Shown here piece after piece: positions 48,007-54,007 of a stretch of 54,007 nucleotides of DNA. The DNA comes from an uncultured Dehalococcoidia bacterium. Lineage in GTDB: Bacteria; Chloroflexota; Dehalococcoidia; Lucifugimonadales; UBA3495. The first letter of the stretch is position 1; every line of letters begins with the position of its first letter. The notes under the pieces are model-generated. The model had not been told where the DNA came from and did no database searches. It saw nothing but the letters and a program-made list of their open reading frames with translations. A program made the translations under genes and the position numbers. Location: positions 1 to 54,007 of the forward strand of contig CATMOE010000021.1 of the NCBI GenBank assembly GCA_950072105.1. Reading direction: 5' to 3'.

Positions 48007-49062
48007 TCACAGAACCACGGTCACTTCTTCTTCCCCAATCTCGAAGCGGGTCCCGAAGGGCGACGACATTTCGGTGATGCGTTTTACGACTTCCGGCGCC
48101 TGCGCGGGCTTGGCAAAGTCGGGCGGGCCATGTCCGCGAACGACGCCCGGGACGTAGGAGAGCCGCTGGATCTTGCCGTCGGCTATTAGGCAGCGCACCA
48201 GCATGGTCATTAAGGTGCGTTCTCGGAATCCCCCCAAGTCATGGACGAAGTTGGCCAGGGAATAGAGGATGGGTTTGCCCTGGTACACTTCGATGGGCTG
48301 GGGTTGGTGTGAGTGATGGCCGATGACCATGTCGGCGCCGGAGTCGATGGCGAAGTGCCCCATCTCCTGCTGATACTCCATGACCGGTAACTCGCCGGCG
48401 CCGGCATTGGGCTGGATCTGATAAGGAGAGAGCCCCCAGTGCCAGGAAACGATAACCACGTCGGCCTGCTCTCTGGCCGCGCGAATATCCTTCTCCAAGG
48501 CCGCGCGATGCTCCCCACGGTCGGGTACGGTGTGGACTATGGGCGGCAAGCCTGGATTGGAGTGAACCCGAGCCGGGGGCTCGTATAGTGTTTGGACTGG
48601 GTAGAAAGCAACCCCCGGCGTATCCACGGTTGCTTCCATCCCCGGAGTGCCCACGGAGGTCCGGGACACGAAGGCTATCTTGGTGCCGTTTCGCTCAATT
48701 ACTGCGGGCCTGCTGGCTGCCGCCAGGTTCGGCCCGGCCCCAGAGTGGATTATCCCCGCCGCGTCCAGGACCTCGAAACTGCGCATGAGCGGTTCATGAC
48801 CATGGTAGGTATTCGGGTTGTTTGCCTGGTTCATGACGTCGAAGCCTGCCCGCACGTAAGACTCGAACATCCACTCTTCGGTGCGGGGCAGGTGGCTCCG
48901 GTCGTAGGGATGGAGGTACTGGGCGTCGGCTACGATGGTTTCCAGATTGCAGAATCGGATATCCGCGTCCTTAAGGAGATCCAAGGCTGGGGTGAACGCC
49001 GAGTCCGGGTCAGGCCTCGATACATTGGTATCGCCCAAAAGAATCATCTTGACGTCGCCCAT
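48007..49062 (-). CDS. CapA/PgsA-like metallophosphoesterase family protein
   Basis: LLGD, FCNLE, ANN, GAG.N...A..P, VSWHWG, GAD.VIGHHSH, YSLANF. Confidence 0.85.
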   Translation of the reverse strand: MGDVKMILLGDTNVSRPDPDSAFTPALDLLKDADIRFCNLETIVADAQYLHPYDRSHLPRTEEWMFESYVRAGFDVMNQANNPNTYHGHEPLMRSFEVLDAAGIIHSGAGPNLAAASRPAVIERNGTKIAFVSRTSVGTPGMEATVDTPGVAFYPVQTLYEPPARVHSNPGLPPIVHTVPDRGEHRAALEKDIRAAREQADVVIVSWHWGLSPYQIQPNAGAGELPVMEYQQEMGHFAIDSGADMVIGHHSHQPQPIEVYQGKPILYSLANFVHDLGGFRERTLMTMLVRCLIADGKIQRLSYVPGVVRGHGPPDFAKPAQAPEVVKRITEMSSPFGTRFEIGEEEVTVVL

Positions 49063-49235
49063 TGTAATCTCCTTCTATCCGGTAGTCCGGGATATTGTTC
49101 CGTGTGCCAAGCGGTGGAAATCGTCTGTCGTGGGATTCTAACGTTGCACTATTCTCCACGTCAATCGGAGTCGGCGTGAGAGTCCGCCTTGTCCTGGCTT
49201 GGCTTGTTGAGACAAGCTTCCGATGGCCCTGTTAC

Positions 49236-49391
49236 CTAGGAGTTCAAAGCCCTGACCATATCCCGGGCCGTGGCCACGGTATCCTGGTGGGGGAAGAGCT
49301 TCTCCATGAGCAGATCGTAGACCTGGGGATCTTGGCCGGCGCTACAGTCTTCCACCACTATTAACTCGTGATCGGCGTCGGCGGCGTAGCG
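49236..49391 (-). pseudogene. C-terminal remnant of an isochorismatase-like cysteine hydrolase
   Basis: Manual translation RYAADADHELIVVEDCSAGQDPQVYDLLMEKLFPHQDTVATARDMVRALNS*; the N-terminal catalytic region and a start codon are absent. Confidence 0.65.
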
Positions 49392-49495
49392 CCCCGCACC
49401 GTTTCCTATCCCCGATTGGGGGTTATCGGCGGGCGCCGGACGGCATATACTGGGTGTCGCTATAAAGGGCGGCAGAGTGATCTAGGAGTGGCGAG

Positions 49496-50509
49496 ATGGA
49501 AATTGCCTATCAGGTAGGCCAGGTAGTCATGCGGGGGACCCTGGATCTGCAACAGCAGTGGCAAGATCAACTGGAGCAGTTCCGGGCGGCCAGGGATGCC
49601 GGTTTCGACACCTATTGCTGGGCCCATCATTACCTGATCGACCCATTCCAGCATTTTCAGCCCTTTCCGGTGTTGGCCCGGTTGGCTGCCGAGCCGGGGA
49701 ACATGAAACTGGCCACGTCGGTGCTGCTGCTGCCCTTGCTCAATCCGGTAGACGTGGCGGAGCAAGTGGCGACTCTGGACCACATCTGCGAAGGCCGCCT
49801 CATTCTGGGCCTAGGACTGGGTTACCGGCCCGAGGAGTGCGAAGCCTTCGGTACCCGGATGTCCCAGCGGGGCGCCCGCCACTCTGAAGCCCTGGAGTTG
49901 ATGCAAAGGTTGTGGACCGAGGACGAGGTGACCCACCACGGCCGCTTCTACCACGTTACCGGCGCTCGCCCCACCGCCCGGCCCTACCAGAAGCCTTATC
50001 CAAAATTGTGGCTGGCGGCCATGAGCGACCCCGCCATCCGCCGGGTGGGACGGGAGGGTCATCCCCTGTTCATCGGCCCCGTCCAGCCTTACGACACCAT
50101 TCGGCGGCAGGTTGAGCAATACCATCAGACGCTCCAGGAATACGGCCACCCCATCCCCGAGGATATGGTCATTGTCCGGGAGTTCTTCTGCGCCGATAAC
50201 CGGGAAGACGCTCTGGACAAAGCCAGGCGGGGCTTTGAACGGAAATACGCCGAGTACTCCGCCCATGGGTTCCAAGGCAACGACGAGGAAATGACCAGCA
50301 AGATAACCGGAGACTTAGAAGCCCTGATGGACGACACCTTCATCGTCGGCAGTCCCGATGAGTGCGTGGAGCAGATCGGCCGGTACCGGGATCTGGGGTT
50401 CAGCCAGGTGTCTATACGCCTGTTCTACCCGGAAACTCCCCAGAAGGACGTCTTGGACCATATTGATCTGGTGGCTAAAAACGTGGTTCCCGGCGTGCAC
50501 AAACTGTAG
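49496..50509 (+). CDS. LLM-class flavin-dependent oxidoreductase
   Basis: GFD....HH, LLPL.NPV.VAEQVATLD....GRLILGLGLGYR..E...FG, P.PYQKP.P.LW, IVGSPDEC. Confidence 0.92.
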   Translation: MEIAYQVGQVVMRGTLDLQQQWQDQLEQFRAARDAGFDTYCWAHHYLIDPFQHFQPFPVLARLAAEPGNMKLATSVLLLPLLNPVDVAEQVATLDHICEGRLILGLGLGYRPEECEAFGTRMSQRGARHSEALELMQRLWTEDEVTHHGRFYHVTGARPTARPYQKPYPKLWLAAMSDPAIRRVGREGHPLFIGPVQPYDTIRRQVEQYHQTLQEYGHPIPEDMVIVREFFCADNREDALDKARRGFERKYAEYSAHGFQGNDEEMTSKITGDLEALMDDTFIVGSPDECVEQIGRYRDLGFSQVSIRLFYPETPQKDVLDHIDLVAKNVVPGVHKL

Positions 50510-50561
50510 GATTAGACAAAAACAGCCCGAGGTATCCAGCCCAACGCAATCACATCCAACT

Positions 50562-50790
50562 TGTCATTCTGAGGAGTGAAACGACGAAAGAATCTCCCGG
50601 TGGTGAGTAGATTCTTCGCTTCTCTCAATATCGTCCATGCTGGTTGGCGCCAGGACCACAGCCCACGAATATGGACGATTCGTGTCACTGCGATCCTTCG
50701 GCGGAAAGAGAGGAGTCTCATGCCTGGTTGTAGGGGTCATATGAGATTCCTCGCCGCCCTTCCGCCGAAGGGCTGGTGTCGGAATGACGA
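50562..50790. repeat. Cluster of (T/C)GTCA-headed REP-like inverted repeats
   Basis: tgtcattctgaggagtgaaacgacgaaagaatct / agattcttcgcttctctca, and tgtcactgcgatccttcggcggaa...agtctca / tgagattcctcg...ttccgccgaagg...ggaatgac. Confidence 0.65.
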
Positions 50791-50899
50791 AGTGTGCGGC
50801 CGAAGGTTCGCAAACCTATTTTTGGAGTAATGACGGCCCACCCAGTATTATTGCCCAAATACCAGTTCACAAACTAAGAAAATACAGTGAGGTTAAGAG

Positions 50900-51847
50900 A
50901 TGAGCCGTATCGGAGTCGCGGTTGGCGGAAACAAAGTTCAAGACATACAAGCAACGATTCAGCGAGCCGAAGAATTGGGCGTCGACGCCATTTGGATGAC
51001 CACCGGCGGCGCCCGTTTGGACAGCATTACAGTGTTTGCCGCTGCCGCTGCAAGCACCCAGCGGATAAAGTTCGGAACATCCATCGTTCCCACCTTCCCT
51101 CGCCACCCTCTGGTGGTGGCCCAGCAAGTGCAAGTGGTGGCCCAACTCGCCCCTGGCCGCTTCCGATTGGGCTTGGGGCCCAGCCATCGGCCAACCATGC
51201 GGGCCATGGGCATCCAGATGCCGAATCCCCTGGGCCATCTGCGGGAGTATCTGCGCATCGTTAAATCGCTGCTTCAGGAAGGCAAAGTGGATTTCGACGG
51301 CGAGTACTACCAGGCCCACGAGTCCATAGCCGAGCCGGTGGATGTGCCGGTGATGGCATCCGCTCTTCAGAGCGGCTCCTTCGAGCTTTGCGGAGCGGAG
51401 GCCGACGGGGCCATCAGTTGGGTCTGCCCCGGAGCCTATCTACGGGACACGGCCTTGCCCGCCATGAAGAAGGGAGCGGGCGAAGCCGGCCGTCCGGTGC
51501 CGCCCCTCATCGCCCACGCCCCGGTATGCGTCCACGACAACGCCGATGAGATGCGGGCTGCCTTCCGAGAGCAATTCGCCACGTACCCCAGGCTCCCTTT
51601 CTATAGGAGGATGCTTATCAGCGCCGGCTATCCCGAGGCTGCCGAAGCCACGTGGAGCGACGCTATGATCGACGGGCTGGTACTCCACGGTAACGAGGAG
51701 CAAACCGCCCAGCGTATCCAACAACTGCTGGACATCGGCGCTTCCGAGGTCTTGTTGTCGCCCGTATTGGTTGGCAGCGACCGCGGCGCTTCCCTTGACC
51801 GAACCCTCCGCTTACTGGGCCAGGTAGCCCAATCCGTGGCTGCATAG
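50900..51847 (+). CDS. LLM-class (possibly F420-dependent) oxidoreductase
   Basis: AEELGVDAIW, T.RI.FGTSIVP..PRHP, GRFRLGLGPSH, REYL, G.VDFDGEYY, ADG. Confidence 0.9.
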   Translation: MSRIGVAVGGNKVQDIQATIQRAEELGVDAIWMTTGGARLDSITVFAAAAASTQRIKFGTSIVPTFPRHPLVVAQQVQVVAQLAPGRFRLGLGPSHRPTMRAMGIQMPNPLGHLREYLRIVKSLLQEGKVDFDGEYYQAHESIAEPVDVPVMASALQSGSFELCGAEADGAISWVCPGAYLRDTALPAMKKGAGEAGRPVPPLIAHAPVCVHDNADEMRAAFREQFATYPRLPFYRRMLISAGYPEAAEATWSDAMIDGLVLHGNEEQTAQRIQQLLDIGASEVLLSPVLVGSDRGASLDRTLRLLGQVAQSVAA

Positions 51848-51857
51848 GAATGATGGG

Positions 51858-52877
51858 ATGAGCCTTCCGGAATCCAGCCGCTTCCAGTTTGCTGAAGATA
51901 TGGAGATCTGCCGCATCTTGAACGGTATGTGGCAGGTGTCCGGAGGCCACGGCCCGATCGACCCCGCCGCCGCCGTTAAAGACATGTTTCCCTACGTGGA
52001 CGAGGGGTTCACCACCTGGGACCTGGCGGACCATTACGGCCCTGCCGAGGACCTGATCGGGGAATTCCGGCGTCAGTTGACGGCCGCCAGGGGGCCGGAG
52101 GCATGGGAAAGTGTGCAAGCCTTCACCAAGTGGGTGACCCGGCCCGGACCGATGACCCGTGGGGTTGTGGAACAGGCCGTGGACGTATCCCTCCGGCGCA
52201 TGGACATCGATCGTTTGGACCTACTGCAGTTTCACTGGTGGGAATACCAGGACGAGTCCTATCTTGACGCCTTATCCCACTTGTCTGACCTCCGGGACGA
52301 AGGCAAGATCAGACACGTTGCCCTGACCAACTTCGACACCGAACGTCTAAAGCGGATCGCCGGTCATGGCATAAAGATCGTGTCCAACCAAGTGCAATTC
52401 TCCCTGATCGACCGCCGGCCGGAGGTTGAGATGGCCCAGTTCTGCCTGGACCAAGGCATCCATCTTCTAGCCTACGGCACTCTCTGCGGCGGCTTGTTGT
52501 CCGACAGGTACCTGGGAGCGCCCGAGCCCAGCCGGGCCGCCTTGAATACCGCCAGCCTGTCCAAATACAAGCAGATGGTGGACGGGTGGGGCGGTTGGGA
52601 GTTGTTTCAAGAATTACTCGGCGCACTAAGGTCCGTTGCCGACACGCATCAAGTCAACATCGCCAACGTGGCGGTGCGCTACGTGCTAGACCGCCCCGCC
52701 GTGGCCGGGGCCATCGTCGGTGTCAGGCTAGGCGTAAGCGAAAATCGGGCAGACAGCGCGAGAGTTTTCGAATTCAACCTAGACCAGTCCGACCTGGCCC
52801 AGATCGACGCCGTCCTAAACCGTTCCAGGGACCTCTACCAAATCATCGGCGACTGCGGCGACGAATACAGGCGATAA
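51858..52877 (+). CDS. Aldo/keto reductase
   Basis: GMWQ, D.ADHYG.AE, TKW, SL.RM..DRLDLLQFHW, GKIRHVALTNF, SNQVQFSLIDRR, AYGTL.GG.LS. Confidence 0.92.
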   Translation: MSLPESSRFQFAEDMEICRILNGMWQVSGGHGPIDPAAAVKDMFPYVDEGFTTWDLADHYGPAEDLIGEFRRQLTAARGPEAWESVQAFTKWVTRPGPMTRGVVEQAVDVSLRRMDIDRLDLLQFHWWEYQDESYLDALSHLSDLRDEGKIRHVALTNFDTERLKRIAGHGIKIVSNQVQFSLIDRRPEVEMAQFCLDQGIHLLAYGTLCGGLLSDRYLGAPEPSRAALNTASLSKYKQMVDGWGGWELFQELLGALRSVADTHQVNIANVAVRYVLDRPAVAGAIVGVRLGVSENRADSARVFEFNLDQSDLAQIDAVLNRSRDLYQIIGDCGDEYRR

Positions 52878-52902
52878 CACATCCAAAAACCCACTCCACA
52901 AG

Positions 52903-52936
52903 CCCCCCTTTCGTAAAGGGGGATTTAGGGGGATTT
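52903..52936 (+). repeat. CCCCCTTT..AAAGGGGG palindrome with G-rich tail
   Basis: cccccctttcgtaaagggggatttagggggattt; the tail supplies the apparent SD (AGGGGGA) of the next gene. Confidence 0.65.
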
Positions 52937-52938
52937 CC

Positions 52939-53829
52939 ATGGAAATAGGAGTCATCTTCCCGCAGACCGAGATCGGCGCGGATGTTGGGGCCATACGCGA
53001 TTACGCCCAGGCGACGGAGGACCTGGGGTTCGCTCATATCTTCATCGCGGACCACGTTTTGGGGGCCGACACCCAATTTCATACCCACCCATCCCTGGCT
53101 AATTACAGTCAGCACAGCGTGGTCCATGAGTCGTTGACATTGATGGGTTACCTTGCTGCCATCACCGAGAAAGTGGGTCTGGTGACCGGGATTCTTATCT
53201 TGCCCCAGAGACAGACCGTTCTAGTGGCCAAACAGGCGGCGGAGATAGACGTGCTAAGCGGCGGCAGGCTGCGCCTGGGCATCGGAGTCGGCTGGAACCA
53301 GGTGGAATTCGAGGCTTTGGGCCAAGACTTCCACGATCGGGGCCGCCGTAGCGCCGAGCAGATCGAGGTGCTGCGGGCGCTGTGGACGCAGGAAGTCGTG
53401 GACTTCCATGGCCGCTGGCACAACATCACCCACGCAGGTCTCAACCCATTGCCCGTCCAAAGGCCCATTCCCATATGGCTGGGCGGAGGCGGCGCCGGCG
53501 ATTCTCCTCTAAATGAAGTGGTGCTTCGCCGCATCGGGCGCCTGGCCGACGGCTGGTGCCCCAATTTCTCACCCGATGAGGCGGGCCGCGCCCTGATGGA
53601 CAAAGTCCGGGGATACGCCCAGCAAGCAGGCCGCGACCCGGCGGCTTTGGGATTGGATGGCCGCCTCAGGACTGCCGGCAAACAACCCGAAGAATGGATG
53701 GACGAAGTGAAGTCATGGGAGGAGATGGGAGCTAACTATCTGTCCGTGGAAACCAGAAAGGGCGGCCTCAGCGGGGCGGACCAGCACATCGACGCCATCC
53801 GCCGCTTCAAGGATGCTATAGGACGCTGA
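52939..53829 (+). CDS. LLM-class, probable F420-dependent oxidoreductase
   Basis: GVIFPQ.EIG.D, ADHVLG, GILILPQRQTVLVAKQAAE.DVLSGGRLRLGIGVGWN..EF, P.PVQRPIPIW.GG, ADGW. Confidence 0.92.
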   Translation: MEIGVIFPQTEIGADVGAIRDYAQATEDLGFAHIFIADHVLGADTQFHTHPSLANYSQHSVVHESLTLMGYLAAITEKVGLVTGILILPQRQTVLVAKQAAEIDVLSGGRLRLGIGVGWNQVEFEALGQDFHDRGRRSAEQIEVLRALWTQEVVDFHGRWHNITHAGLNPLPVQRPIPIWLGGGGAGDSPLNEVVLRRIGRLADGWCPNFSPDEAGRALMDKVRGYAQQAGRDPAALGLDGRLRTAGKQPEEWMDEVKSWEEMGANYLSVETRKGGLSGADQHIDAIRRFKDAIGR

Positions 53830-53840
53830 GGGCAAATAAT

Positions 53841-53875
53841 CCCTTCCCCATTTACGGGGGAAGGTTAGGATGGGG
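53841..53875 (+). repeat. CCTTCCCC..GGGGAAGG palindrome with GGTTAGGATGGGG tail
   Basis: cccttccccatttacgggggaaggttaggatgggg, between convergent genes. Confidence 0.65.
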
Positions 53876-53951
53876 CGAGTCTTCTCGGCTGGATCAGATC
53901 GGGATAGTAGGCTAAAACCGGCAACTACCAGCCAGAGCCGCGCTCCTACGG

Positions 53952-54007
53952 TTAGAAAGTAATAACGCTACGAGCCACGACGCCCGCGTTCATGTCGGAG
54001 ACGGCCT
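53952..54007 (-). CDS. 3' end of a probable Zn-dependent alcohol dehydrogenase (partial)
   Basis: Minus frame reads ...AVSDMNAGVVARSVITF*, like the C-terminus of class III/Zn-ADH; only 17 residues visible. Confidence 0.5.
   Translation of the reverse strand, partial: AVSDMNAGVVARSVITF

Overview
Core-genome window of a high-GC bacterium. Gene content points to Chloroflexota, Dehalococcoidia/SAR202-like (inference: str cluster lacking tuf, alpha2-type GlyRS, three luciferase-like monooxygenases). Left to right: partial acyl-CoA dehydrogenase, fused ETF beta-alpha, pncB; a SAM-I riboswitch-led cluster mtnA-mtnP-rhodanese-ahcY-metK; a hidden selenoprotein (iodothyronine deiodinase-like, in-frame UGA at 9968-9970 plus a SECIS-like hairpin, split into two ORFs in the ORF track); a phosphohexomutase; the complete str(-tuf)/S10/spc/alpha ribosomal superoperon plus truA-rplM-rpsI on the minus strand (rpmJ is missing from the ORF track); a divergent corrinoid/cobalt locus with two cobalamin riboswitches (cbiE, cobN, ChuX/HutX-like protein, FhuF-like 2Fe-2S reductase, NikA/Opp-type ABC binding protein and permeases without an ATPase, ChlI/ChlD-type chelatase subunit); glyQS; a CapA-like metallophosphoesterase; an isochorismatase remnant; three LLM oxidoreductases, an aldo-keto reductase and the 3' end of a Zn-alcohol dehydrogenase. 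Several REP-like palindrome families occur, two of them inside coding sequences. The strongest novelty candidates are the deiodinase-like selenoprotein, the B12-regulated putative cobalt acquisition/insertion module, and a boxA-like motif just before all three riboswitches. All family calls are from motif recognition by eye; no searches were run.
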